A stretch of DNA of 64,000 nucleotides from Thraustochytrium aureum (taxonomy: Eukaryota): NCBI GenBank assembly GCA_012862495.1, contig BLSG01000387.1, forward strand, positions 1 to 64,000. Reading direction: 5' to 3'. Position 1 is the stretch's first letter. Every line of letters starts with the position of its first letter. This document shows positions 21,320-32,168 of the stretch, one piece after another. A program made the translations under genes and the position numbers. A model generated the notes under the pieces. That model had not been told where the DNA came from and searched no databases. It saw nothing but the letters and a program-made list of their open reading frames with translations.

Positions 21320-24300
21320 TCAGGAATTCAGTCCTAGTTTCACCGAAGAGGCGGCGTTCACAATCGATTGCATCGGCGCGACCGAAGTAGTGCAACTATC
21401 TGCGTATAAAGACGCTCGCCCTGGCGCGGCGTTCCCCGCATAAACTTTCGCTCCCGACGCCTCGATTCTGAAATGGCTCGCAGTTGAATTCTCGGCCGTC
21501 TTTTGCCAAAGCTGCGCCACGATCTCGTGGCCAAATCCCGTGTCGCGAAGCTTGCCGTTCTTCATCAGTACCTTGGGAACAAAGACCCATGCCAGCGTCG
21601 TCAGAACAACCACGGCGCTCACGCCGGCGCGCACAAACACGTTGAGCGTTGGTGTCCCCTCTGTCATGAAGATAACCGGTATTCCCACGCTGTACACCTG
21701 AAATACCGTTAGCAGCGCGTTGGCGAGGAATTTCGACTCTGAAAACGAACCCGCGATCGACTTTGCGTTCCAACACACGACCGCACCCACAATCAACTCG
21801 GACAGGTGGTACAGCACGACCAATGTCTCGAACAGCTTGTTGTCGCTCGTGCAATACCCCAAGCTTTCTGTGGCTTTGCCGTACTCGTCCGTTTCGGTCG
21901 CGACGCGCGCAAACCTCGGGTTGGCCCCGGTTTCCCAGGCAACAAGCAACACAATGTCGACGCCTAGGAGGAGCAGGATCAGCAACAGGACTTTGGAGGC
22001 TGTTAAGCCAGCTCCACCGTTGAACGTCTGAGCAATGGTCCTCGAAACTCGGTGAATCTTGAGGATGAGCGGCGCGAAAAGGAGCTGGAAACCGATCGAG
22101 TTTAGCCAGACAGTGGCATGGCAGGCTGCCTCCGCCGCATCTTGACCCACACGGTCGTCGATAGCCAAAAAGCAGATCGAAAGAGAGGATAGGAGCGCGC
22201 CAAACACGATCATACGCAGAAACAGCTTTTGCGATACGATCAAAATGACGTGTTTGCGGTAAATTTGAATCCAGGCAAGGCACCCTATCGAGGCGCCACC
22301 GCACAGGACAAAAAGGGTGAGGGCCCACACAAGTACCCCATTTGCGTGGTTGAGCTCCTCGTGTGGCGGCTTGGTGTCAGACGGCGCCTGGCTTGCGTTG
22401 CCTGTGAAGACAGCAAGATCGCTTGCCGTCAAGTTCGTCCACGGCGCCGCAATTGCGACGCTTTGAAGACCAGAGCCGCCCACAAAGGCCAGACTGCTGA
22501 AGGTAATCTCAAGGGAGCTCTCGTGTCGCTCGCCCCGTTCATCGAGCTGAACCGGCCCTCCGAGTCTTCCTTCTATTTTGCCAAGCCGAGCTGCGGCGCC
22601 AAGAAACCCACTGCTCAGCTCTTCCTGGACGATCGCGTCAGTGGGGAACATGGAGCAGGCTGTCAAAGCGCCGACAAGAACGCTGTCGTACGCTGCACCA
22701 GCTAAATCGATCTCCCTCATCTCAACAGAAAGGGAGCCGTGAAGGAGCGCCGCGACGCCTGCGTCAGCGACGGCCTGGCCACAGAGCTGATCGTCCCATT
22801 GCAGAAAGATCCACATTGTGCCAGGGCCAAGGGTTGCAGCAGAAGGCTCGGCGCTCGCACGAAGGAGCCCCTCCACCTCGCCTAGGGCGCACGAGCCAAC
22901 CACGATTTGGATATTTATGCGGGACTCTCGCGTCTGCAGCGCGATCGCTTCGAGCTGCGCCGCTGTCCCGTTGGGAGAAAGCCTGCTCATGCGCACGTTG
23001 ACCCCCAGGTTGAAGCACTCTTCGTCAACCACGTTGGCAGCATCATGCGCGTCGAGTGAGGCGTCCACATGGGCAAGCGCAAACTTGTACCCGCTTCTCG
23101 ACAGGAACGCGCACAGCGCCTTGGCCTTTCGGCGCACGGACGGAACAACCCGGAGCACGCTTGGGTATTGCGTTTCCTGCTCGAGAAAGCTTGCGCCGCT
23201 GAGACTGAGGTACGGCAGCGCCGCAGCCGTCACCACAGCGATTGCGGACGCAATCATTGCCGTGTCCCCGCCGATGACGGCGTCGAGGCGCGCACCCGTG
23301 TTCTTCCAGACTGCAACTAATTCGGAGATGAGAGCAGAGGGGTTGGTCGCTGCCGGGTCGCTCACAAGCTCAGCACGAACCACAATTCGCTTGTTGCATT
23401 TTTGGCCAAAGATCTCGTCGGAGCTGCGTGGCTCGTTGAATCTTTCAACGGCGTTGCGCATCGCGAGCAACTCTGGCCCTTGAGCGCCGGTCGACACAAG
23501 CACAACGTTCATTTCGTGTGGGTCGTCGCAGCGGCACTGTTCGAACGAGCGAATCACGACGCACTTTTCGTGCGCTTTGCACGGGCTGTCCAGCTTGCAC
23601 ACCGAGCAGCACTCAAAGTTGACGTCCCCCATGTCAAAGCGCCCCGGAGGGCAGCTGGAAGGATCAAAATTTGGTGGCGGCTGTGTCGTGCCATCAGCAA
23701 ACCGCGCCGGCGCGTTGCCGTGCGCTTCAAACTTTCCATTCAAGCCGGAGTAAGAGGCGATCTCCCGAAGAACGAAACCACTCGACACCTCCACACTTCG
23801 GAGCATCAGTGTTGTGCTGGCTGTATTGCGGTGGTTGACGCCATCTGGGCTCATCGCTATCGTTCCCAAGAGCGCCTCGGTGATGTTGACTGAGGAGATG
23901 TTGCCCCACATGTCCCTGAGAGAGCGAGAAAACGTGCCAACGTTCACACCGCTCGGGAAAGTCGTGCATATCCACTCGCCGAAGAATTGCACTGCGTCGT
24001 ACAGGAGGGCGCCAGCCGTGCGCGCTTGCACGGATTCGGAAAAGTTGAAGCGCGCGAAAAAGGCGTCGGGGGGCTCAAACTGGGCTGGTAGGAGACTCGC
24101 GTACGAAGCCAGGCTCGCATTCAATTCGCGAGCACGCCTGATTGCAGCCTCAAAAGCGCCGTCTCTGCTGAATCGCGCGTCGAGCACAAGGGAGCCGTTC
24201 AACGCCACGTTAATGACGTCCCTGTCCTGTTCGTTCGGCAAACTTTGCGACGACTCGATTACGGAGGCGTCGAGGAAGACCCACAAGGTTTGCGGTCCCA

Positions 24301-25600
24301 GCTTGCCCAGGCTCTGAGCAGTCAGCAGCAGATGTGCGGCCATGGAAACCTCCAGGGACGTTGCAACAACGAAAATGTTCGTCCTCACTTTGTTCAGGGC
24401 GGTTGCGAGTGTCACGTTGGCCACCGGCTCGGCGGTGTACGGCACGTGGACCCAGTCTACCGGCTCACATCGCCGAATGATCGTTTGGATCAAGTCGTCG
24501 TGCTCTGCGACTGTTGGCGCCGGAGCCAACACAGCGACCCTGGTGTACTTGTATTCTTCGTACAGAAGTGCGCACAGGGCGTCTGCTGTGACCCGAACCG
24601 ACGGAGCGGTGCCAACAACGCGGCCAAAAACGCGTTTATCCTCAAACGTTGTGGGAGCCGCCTCGGCCGAGATCACGGGGACATTGAAAATCCCACTCAC
24701 CCCGTTCGCTGCTGTGCAGGAGGCAGCCGTGCGGGGCCCAAGGATAGACCAATCGACGCTTCTAAACATGTCATATAGCGCGGCCGGAGACAAAACGCTA
24801 CTGCCGTCGTCATAGATTTTCCGCACGACCAGTTGCTTGCCACAGCGATTGCGGCTGTTGAAGTCTTCGATACTCAGTAATCCCATCATCAAGACTGCCT
24901 GCAGCTGACCGACAGAGAGTCCGCTCTTTGGCGCGGGTGTCAAGGAGGTTGCGATGCTGAATGGGACGTGAGAGGCTTGTTCACACCAGGCGGTACCGAG
25001 GGAAACAACGCATGCTTGTCCAGCGTCGCAGGTGAGTCCAAAGTCGTTACAGCAGCTGTGACGAGGCGTGTTGGGTGCGTAGGTGCCTGGCCTGCACCCG
25101 CAGAGGCATACGTTGTTAGGCATGAGTGCGCTGCAGTGCTCGCATGTCGGCGAGCTCAGGCCGTACACTGCTCCGCAAGCCCCCGATTGTGCCGTGCAGC
25201 AATTTAGGTCTAGCTCGGTCCAACCGGTTGGGTTCACGTTCATGCAAACATCAGACTGGCTCCCAACGCTCTGCGGCCTGGCCTCGCTTCGCGTCTCGTC
25301 GATGTAGCCAAGGCCTTCATTCTGACCTAGTTGTTCCTGCTGAATCCACCACGCCAGCGTCGAGACTTGCCCCTCCTGCTCTCGGCGCCAGCGCAGAAAT
25401 TCTTCATCAATTGCGCCTCGCGCCTGGTCCTGGCTCAGGCGCGCAGATTCATCTATTGCCCCCTCGTGTGGCCCTTGCGCAGCAATTGCGCACGAGTCGA
25501 GGAGGGCGTTAACAGCTGCGAGCACCGCCAGAAGCCTTGTCGTGCAGCTGTCGAGTCGGCCGAGCCGCGCCTTGCGCCCTGGGGCACCTTGCGCGTCCAT
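21320..25600 (-). CDS. Class C (GABA-B-like) GPCR with two Venus-flytrap/ANF-type domains and Cys-rich modules
   Basis: 7TM_3 features (SQKLFLRMIVFG, C...WLNSIGFQLLFAPLILKIHRV, FSESKFLA, VFVPK). Two periplasmic-binding-like blocks (ILGP..PVIS..YKYTRVAVL..LYDAV and VIGG..PYLS..YPSVLRVVPS..AYDSV). Hydrophobic N-terminal segment. Start at 25600 is assumed. Confidence 0.88.
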   Translation of the reverse strand: MDAQGAPGRKARLGRLDSCTTRLLAVLAAVNALLDSCAIAAQGPHEGAIDESARLSQDQARGAIDEEFLRWRREQEGQVSTLAWWIQQEQLGQNEGLGYIDETRSEARPQSVGSQSDVCMNVNPTGWTELDLNCCTAQSGACGAVYGLSSPTCEHCSALMPNNVCLCGCRPGTYAPNTPRHSCCNDFGLTCDAGQACVVSLGTAWCEQASHVPFSIATSLTPAPKSGLSVGQLQAVLMMGLLSIEDFNSRNRCGKQLVVRKIYDDGSSVLSPAALYDMFRSVDWSILGPRTAASCTAANGVSGIFNVPVISAEAAPTTFEDKRVFGRVVGTAPSVRVTADALCALLYEEYKYTRVAVLAPAPTVAEHDDLIQTIIRRCEPVDWVHVPYTAEPVANVTLATALNKVRTNIFVVATSLEVSMAAHLLLTAQSLGKLGPQTLWVFLDASVIESSQSLPNEQDRDVINVALNGSLVLDARFSRDGAFEAAIRRARELNASLASYASLLPAQFEPPDAFFARFNFSESVQARTAGALLYDAVQFFGEWICTTFPSGVNVGTFSRSLRDMWGNISSVNITEALLGTIAMSPDGVNHRNTASTTLMLRSVEVSSGFVLREIASYSGLNGKFEAHGNAPARFADGTTQPPPNFDPSSCPPGRFDMGDVNFECCSVCKLDSPCKAHEKCVVIRSFEQCRCDDPHEMNVVLVSTGAQGPELLAMRNAVERFNEPRSSDEIFGQKCNKRIVVRAELVSDPAATNPSALISELVAVWKNTGARLDAVIGGDTAMIASAIAVVTAAALPYLSLSGASFLEQETQYPSVLRVVPSVRRKAKALCAFLSRSGYKFALAHVDASLDAHDAANVVDEECFNLGVNVRMSRLSPNGTAAQLEAIALQTRESRINIQIVVGSCALGEVEGLLRASAEPSAATLGPGTMWIFLQWDDQLCGQAVADAGVAALLHGSLSVEMREIDLAGAAYDSVLVGALTACSMFPTDAIVQEELSSGFLGAAARLGKIEGRLGGPVQLDERGERHESSLEITFSSLAFVGGSGLQSVAIAAPWTNLTASDLAVFTGNASQAPSDTKPPHEELNHANGVLVWALTLFVLCGGASIGCLAWIQIYRKHVILIVSQKLFLRMIVFGALLSSLSICFLAIDDRVGQDAAEAACHATVWLNSIGFQLLFAPLILKIHRVSRTIAQTFNGGAGLTASKVLLLILLLLGVDIVLLVAWETGANPRFARVATETDEYGKATESLGYCTSDNKLFETLVVLYHLSELIVGAVVCWNAKSIAGSFSESKFLANALLTVFQVYSVGIPVIFMTEGTPTLNVFVRAGVSAVVVLTTLAWVFVPKVLMKNGKLRDTGFGHEIVAQLWQKTAENSTASHFRIEASGAKVYAGNAAPGRASLYADSCTTSVAPMQSIVNAASSVKLGLNS

Positions 25601-26228
25601 CCTGTTGCCGCGGCTCGAGCTCCCGTCTCTCTGCTGCTTCCACTGCCTGCGAGAAGCTGGTCTGCTGGAATGGAAAGTACCAACTAAATGCACGTTGAGT
25701 TGCGCCTGGTGAACGCGGAAGTAGACACCTCCTAGCCACTTCGGCCAGCGTGGTTTTGGTGAGATCTCGCGAGTCCCTCGTTCTTGTTTTTCGCTCGCTT
25801 TGCCGTTTCAACCATCAGAATTCAGATGCTGCTGGGCCGCTCGGCCCGGGAGCCGGTCGTGGAGCATCTGCCGTCGGTCGGCCTTGAGCGGCGCTCACAT
25901 GTCCAACGGTACTCTCAGCACCCTGACCGACCCAGCGGCCCTGACACAAAGAGCATAGAGCTATTCACCACACGCAGAGAGCGTACTTCGAGGGTCTGTG
26001 TACACTGTGGCGGAGAGCGTCCTAGCGGAGAGCACATGTGCCACAGTGTGCGCGGCAGGGGAGCGTCCAGAGCGCGAAAGTGGACTCGGCACGGGCGTGG
26101 TTGCGCGTGGCGCAGGGCGGGACTGCCTGGCAGCGTGCGCGAGGTGCGCGAGAGGGCTTGGTAGCGCTGGGCTGCGGCCGGTCGGGCTGCTCGCCGGCTT
26201 GGGCTTGCTTGGGCTGCTGGCTCCGACG

Positions 26229-26915
26229 ATGGCTGGACCTGCCGAGCCGGCCAGCCCTGGGCTCGCGGCTGCCTCGTTCAAGGGCGGCGAGGAGGGCGCC
26301 GGCGCGAGCAAGGCCGAGGCGGCGGACTCTGCACTCGCGTACAGGTACCCCGAGTATGCGCCGGACAAGTATGCGATTTCGAGCTCCGTGCCGGCCCCGC
26401 CCTTCTACGTGCGCAAGGTGGGCAGGATGTATGTGCTGCGGGAGCGAATCGGGCCGGACGGCATCCCGAAGCTGCTGTGTGTTGTTGGGCCGTGCTGGCC
26501 GATGATCTTTGTTACGCTGGCGTTGATTGTCGGGACCTCCATGGCGGCGTTTTTGGGGTTTATGCCCGAAATCCCCATCTGGGTCCAGATCCCCTTCTTC
26601 ATCATTCTGGCAGTCACGGTGGTGTCCTTTCTCTTCACGGCGTGCCGCGATCCTGGCATCCAGCGCGTGTCCAAGGAGCCCCTGGACTCGAGCTGGACGT
26701 TTAGTGAGGTTGCGCAGACCTACCGACAACCTGGGGCAGTGTACGAGCTGGAGGCGCAGGTCGTGATCAAGGACATTGACCACTTTTGCCCCTGGACCGG
26801 TACGGTGATTGCCCACGGCAACTTGCGGTCGTTTTTTGTGTTCACGAGCTCGTTGTGCGTCCTGATCCTCTTCGTGCTAGCAATGGTGATCCTGCTGCTC
26901 GTGCTGCGGGACTAG
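26229..26915 (+). CDS. DHHC-family palmitoyltransferase-like membrane protein, DHFC variant
   Basis: VGPCW, two TMs, TACRDPGI, YRQPGA, IKDIDHFCPWTGTVIAHGNLRSFFVF, then a TM. Confidence 0.85.
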   Translation: MAGPAEPASPGLAAASFKGGEEGAGASKAEAADSALAYRYPEYAPDKYAISSSVPAPPFYVRKVGRMYVLRERIGPDGIPKLLCVVGPCWPMIFVTLALIVGTSMAAFLGFMPEIPIWVQIPFFIILAVTVVSFLFTACRDPGIQRVSKEPLDSSWTFSEVAQTYRQPGAVYELEAQVVIKDIDHFCPWTGTVIAHGNLRSFFVFTSSLCVLILFVLAMVILLLVLRD

Positions 26916-27095
26916 CCGCGACGACGGGCCGGCGACGGTGGCGAGGGCCAACTGTTGAGAACGGCGTGTTGTTTTTGTTTGTCGAAGCTGTGTTTTTTTG
27001 GTTATTGTTGCTCGTCTTCCTCCTCTGTTGCAGTCCTTATCTTGTACCTGCGATGGGACGAACGGTTTCGTGGCCGAGCCAATTCTATTCTAAAG

Positions 27096-28627
27096 TCAAT
27101 CGTTCGCGACCCTCTCCATCATGGCCTGCAGCGGGCTGTTGAGGCTCGCTGACTTGCGCTTCGAGCGCGCTGGCCCGGAAGCATCAGCCATGCACGGGAC
27201 CTTGACCCCGAGCTCGCGGAGGGACTTGAACTCGTGCGAGATGCCGTCGGGCCTGACGTGGACGATGCGGATCCCGCTTAACGCGTCGGATCCCGCGATG
27301 TTGCCCATGCCCGAAAGGCCGAGCCTGTCCCCCTTCGGATCCGTCGTCAGGTTGCCACCGGACGCCGCCGTGGTGACGACCTCCAGGCCCTTGTACTTGC
27401 CACCGGCGTTCCGGTGGTAGTGGCCGCAAAACCAGTGCGAAACGTTGGCCTGCGACATGCGCTCGAGGAGATTGAGGCGCACCGGCTTGGACAGGGGAAA
27501 GTAACCCGACGGTTCGTCCGCGCTGTCAATGAAGGGCGGAATGTGGCTGAAAACCACCGCGTGGCGGCGGTCGCCCTGGTCCTCCCCAAAGAGCTCCTCC
27601 TCGAGCCAGCGATCCTGCGCCTGCGCTTCGCTCTTGCACTGGGAGGCGTCCTTGTACAGCTGCGAGTTGAGGACGATAAACTTGTCGTTGCCGACCCAGA
27701 AATGAAAATAGTCGTCGCCGAAGCGCTTTTGCCACAACGCGAGCGACCCGGAGGATGGACGGTCGCCCACTGAGGAACCGAGCACAGGTTGATTGTTTTT
27801 GTGGAGGTCAGTTGGTTTTGCGCTGACCTGCGCGACCCACCTTCAAGCCCTGAATCCACTTACCGTCGTGGTTGCCGCACGTGCACACAAGTGCTATGTC
27901 GCGGTCCACTTGGGAAAACACTTGCTTGAAGACCTTGACCTGCTCTGCGTTCAACTCGGGCTGCTTGTCCGGGTATCTGCAACACGCGCCCTTGCCAAGT
28001 GAGGGACCAGAACCTGAGCCGCCAAGCCTTGCCGCGTTGCGTGCAGGTCTACAAGCTGCGCGCCAGGACTTACGCGTGGACGAGGTCGCCGCAAACAACC
28101 GCAAATCGCGGTTTGGGCCGGAGCGCGTTGATGGCCTGCACCGTCGCACGCGCGAGCTCGATCTCCAGCTCGTACAGACTATCGACGTCAAGGTCGTCGT
28201 GCTCTGGTGAAAGTAGCGGGATCTGTAGTGCTTGCCGAACGATGCAAGCCGCGTCAGCTCGCGACCTGGTGCGCTCGCAACAGCTTGGCGCACACACAAC
28301 TTACCGGGACCAGCCGCCGGCCGTCCTCGAGCCCGCAAGTGGCGATACTTATCACCTTGCGCAAGCCCCGGAGCCACTGCAGATTCTTAATTTCGGGAGC
28401 ATCCCAAACTGCGTGTCGGCCAGCTGCACGAAGGTGTACTCGTCCGCCTGGCCGCCGCGCGGAAGGCCCACGTACTTGCGATACCGCGCGCGAAGAAACC
28501 GCGTCTCATCGAGCGTGACCGCCTTCAGGAACTGGGGCGGCAGCACGGGGGTGTTGGCTGGCGACGCCGAGGGCGAAAACAGGAACGACAGCGGCGAGCG
28601 CGACTCGGCGCTGCGGCTTCCCGACAT
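27096..28627 (-). CDS. CPPED1: Calcineurin-like metallophosphoesterase, CPPED1-like (introns 28304-28223, 28073-27977, 27863-27770; apparent frameshift ~28395)
   Basis: Motifs ADTQFG, CGDLVHA, CGNHDVG, FGDDYFHF, FSHIPPF, CGHYHRNA. Three GTAAGT...CAG introns of 82-97 nt restore the frame. Confidence 0.88.
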
Positions 28628-29082
28628 GGCTTGCCCCGCCACAGTGAATCCCAGCCAAGACCCTCAGCTACCTCGNNNNNNNNNNNNNNNNNNNNNNNNN
28701 NNNNNNNNNNNNNNNNNNNNNNNNNNNNNNNNNNNNNNNNNNNNNNNNNNNNNNNNNNNNNNNNNNNNNNNNNNNNNNNNNNNNNNNNNNNNNNNNNNNN
28801 NNNNNNNNNNNNNNNNNNNNNNNNNNNNNNNNNNNNNNNNNNNNNNNNNNNNNNNNNNNNNNNNNNNNNNNNNNNNNNNNNNNNNNNNNNNNNNNNNNNN
28901 NNNNNNNNNNNNNNNNNNNNNNNNNNNNNNNNNNNNNNNNNNNNNNNNNNNNNNNNNNNNNNNNNNNNNNNNNNNNNNNNNNNNNNNNNNNNNNNNNNNN
29001 NNNATACAGTAGGTGCGCTGCTTTAGTATTTTCTTCGGGACAAGAGAGATCGCCGTCAAAACCGCATGACGTGCCGCTCAAG

Positions 29083-30471
29083 TCACTGGACAAGGCAAAC
29101 ATCGCTCGTCGCGACGGCTGCACGAAGTCGAGCTTGGAAAAAGCGAGACTTTTGACCAAGTTCAGGCATGAAGTCCGTGACCTCGGCGCCCGAAGCGCGG
29201 AGCAACGCGCTGGAGCAGTCGACGCTGCCGCGACGCAGGGCCCTTTTGATGGCCTCACCTTCATCTGCAGTCGGGTCCACGCGCGGGTCGGCGAGTAGCA
29301 AACGGACAATCTCGGCGTGCCCTCTCGATGCAGCGTTCTTGAGAGCAGCGTTCCCGCACGCTGACGGGTCCACTTCCGGGCACTGGAGAAGGAGCTTTGC
29401 CATTTCGACGTGGCCACGCAAGCAAGCATCGCGAATAGCCTGGTTGTTTGCGGCATCTGGCTCGCAGACTCGCAGGAGCATCTGGACGACATGGATGTGG
29501 CCGTTAAAAGCAGCCAAGCGAAGCGCTTTGCTCTCTTGCGCCGACGCATCCACCCGCGGATCAATCATGAGGCGCTCTACAATGTGCATATGACCTTTGA
29601 AGGCAGCTTTGCGGAGGGCCTTGTTGTCCCGGGCGCCAGGGTTGACAGCAGCCGTTTCGAGGAGGAGACTGACTGCGGCGAGCCGGCCGGAAGACGCCGC
29701 CCTCACGAGCGCCTCGCACTCGAGGCTGGCCGGGTCAACGCGGCCGTCCTCCAGAAGAATGTGCATCGCGGCCACTGCGCCGTACTGGGCGGCAATTATA
29801 AACGCGTTGCTGTCTCCAAAGGCTGGGTCGACTCGCTCAAAGCCAAGCAAGAACGAAAGCATTGGGATGTTTTCCGAGGCGCAGGCGATTGCAAGTGCGT
29901 CGGAAAGAAGCGCCGGGTTGGGTTCGATCTTGGACTGCCGCATATAGTGTTGAACATCCTGGATTGTGCCGCGGTGGACAAGGTTGAGGAAGATGCCGCT
30001 CTCCGTGGCGCTTGACCGGCGGCGCTCCCTGGTACTGGAGCGCCGGCGAGGCTTTTCCTTCGCCGCGGTGTCCAGTTCCGCGCTCGGTGGCGCCTGCTCG
30101 CTTGCATTTCCGATGCTTTCGGAGTCGCTGTCTGACTGTCCAATCCCAAATCGCTCAAGAAGAGAACGCTCCGAGCCTTGCTCGAAGAGGCAGCTGTCTT
30201 GGAGCGAGGCCCGCCGCCTTTGATGCGATCGCTCGTTCACCTCGGGGCCATCATGGGTGCTGTTTATTGAGTCGCGCGGGGTTGCAACGGGCTGGCCAAA
30301 TGCCCTGGGTTTGCAGTCGTGTTGCGCTTCGCTTGTCACGGTGCTATCGCGGGGCGTTGGCTCGACAGACGAGCGGCGCACGCCAGCACCGACGCCTGGC
30401 ATGCTGTCGCCCGGTTGGGCCACTTTGCTCGCGCTCAGCGAGGTGCCTTTGCTCGACGACTGGTTGCTCAT
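29083..30471 (-). CDS. Ankyrin-repeat protein
   Basis: About 8 repeats of the type VDPxA.dn.A(L/I)..AA..GH..(I/V)V.lLL after a disordered Ser-rich N-terminus. Confidence 0.9.
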   Translation of the reverse strand: MSNQSSSKGTSLSASKVAQPGDSMPGVGAGVRRSSVEPTPRDSTVTSEAQHDCKPRAFGQPVATPRDSINSTHDGPEVNERSHQRRRASLQDSCLFEQGSERSLLERFGIGQSDSDSESIGNASEQAPPSAELDTAAKEKPRRRSSTRERRRSSATESGIFLNLVHRGTIQDVQHYMRQSKIEPNPALLSDALAIACASENIPMLSFLLGFERVDPAFGDSNAFIIAAQYGAVAAMHILLEDGRVDPASLECEALVRAASSGRLAAVSLLLETAAVNPGARDNKALRKAAFKGHMHIVERLMIDPRVDASAQESKALRLAAFNGHIHVVQMLLRVCEPDAANNQAIRDACLRGHVEMAKLLLQCPEVDPSACGNAALKNAASRGHAEIVRLLLADPRVDPTADEGEAIKRALRRGSVDCSSALLRASGAEVTDFMPELGQKSRFFQARLRAAVATSDVCLVQ

Positions 30472-32168
30472 TGAATGCACGCCAAGCGGAGCGGTTGTCG
30501 CCTCGGCACGGAACGCGCGCCAACACCCCGGCGGCGCGGGCTTGCCGCACCAGGATGCGTCCGATGGCTCGAGCGCTTGCGACGTGCTGTTTTAGCAGCG
30601 CGCCCGGCGCGTGCGGGGCGAATGCTTTTGGCTCGCGGTCGGATTCTGGCGGTCGGATTCTGTTCGGACTATGTCGGCAATTCCGTCCAGCAGTGGGTTG
30701 AGCAAACGCGTCGCATCCACGCTGGGGCGCTAAATCCGACGCTCCTTCCCAGCCTACCTGAGGTGCCATGCGGTACAAGTGCTGCTGTCAACGGCGCAGT
30801 TTTTTTCTTCCTTCTTTCCACAGGCGATCCAAACTCGTTTGCATTGATACGCGAATGCACATGGACGGAACTGCCAAGGCCAAGCCGATCAGAGTCATGT
30901 GCCGACAACTAGTAGTTCCGTTTTTCGTTGGCTCTCTCCAGGGAGCTGTAGCTGGAGAGCCCCCGCAAGGTCGGCGTTTCAGCGCTTCGCAGGCCGCGCA
31001 TGCGAGTTTCCAGAGGCAGTTGTTCGCTTTCTTGCTGCAGTTGTCGTCCAGAGCAGACAGGCAGACGCGGATGCAGATGCAACGAGGCGCACCGCGCTGC
31101 CGCCGCCGCCGCGCGGGCTGCGGCCGCAGCCACATGGGCAACAAACGCGAAAGAAAGGGGCCTTGCGTTTGTTTCCCCTTCCTTCCACTCCTCCTTGCGC
31201 CCCACGCAGCGAAGCAGCATTCTCGAGGCGTGCGCACCAGCACGACCCGACCTACCAGCCAACTCAGTACAACCTGACGCAGCATCACCGCAGTGGCAGC
31301 GGCGGCGGCGCGATGGGCCACGGCGGCCAACCAAAACCTCGTAAAGCATCCACGCACAAAAAAAACAGCGCAGGAAAAAGAAAGAAAAAACGGCGGAGGC
31401 ACCAGGACAACCCATCAACCGCACGCCGTTACTCCTCGCCCGCGCAGCGAGCCCCTTCAGCTCAGGCGTCGCCAACGGGCCCCGAGCAGGCGCAGCGGCC
31501 CAACGGACACTTGACGGCGNNNNNNNNNNNNNNNNNNNNNNNNNNNNNNNNNNNNNNNNNNNNNNNNNNNNNNNNNNNNNNNNNNNNNNNNNNNNNNNNN
31601 NNNNNNNNNNNNNNNNNNNNNNNNNNNNNNNNNNNNNNNNNNNNNNNNNNNNNNNNNNNNNNNNNNNNNNNNNNNNNNNNNNNNNNNNNNNNNNNNNNNN
31701 NNNNNNNNNNNNNNNNNNNNNNNNNNNNNNNNNNNNNNNNNNNNNNNNNNNNNNNNNNNNNNNNNNNNNNNNNNNNNNNNNNNNNNNNNNNNNNNNNNNN
31801 NNNNNNNNNNNNNNNNNNNNNNNNNNNNNNNNNNNNNNNNNNNNNNNNNNNNNNNNNNNNNNNNNNNNNNNNNNNNNNNNNNNNNNNNNNNNNNNNNNNN
31901 NNNNNNNNNNNNNNNNNNNNNNNNNNNNNNNNNNNNNNNNNNNNNNNNNNNNNNNNNNNNNNNNNNNNNNNNNNNNNNNNNNNNNNNNNNNNNNNNNNNN
32001 NNNNNNNNNNNNNNNNNNNNNNNNNNNNNNNNNNNNNNNNNNNNNNNNNNNNNNNNNNNNNNNNNNNNNNNNNNNNNNNNNNNNNNNNNNNNNNNNNNNN
32101 NNNNNNNNNNNNNNNNNNNNNNNNNNNNNNNNNNNNNNNNNNNNNNNNNNNNNNNNNNNNNNNNNNNN

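Noticed and set aside
31313..31519. Lys/Arg-rich ORF start (MGHGGQPKPRK...) as the 5' end of the CHAT-STAND receptor
   Set aside because: Separated from it by a 649-N gap, so frame and linkage cannot be determined; it has no signal-peptide character.
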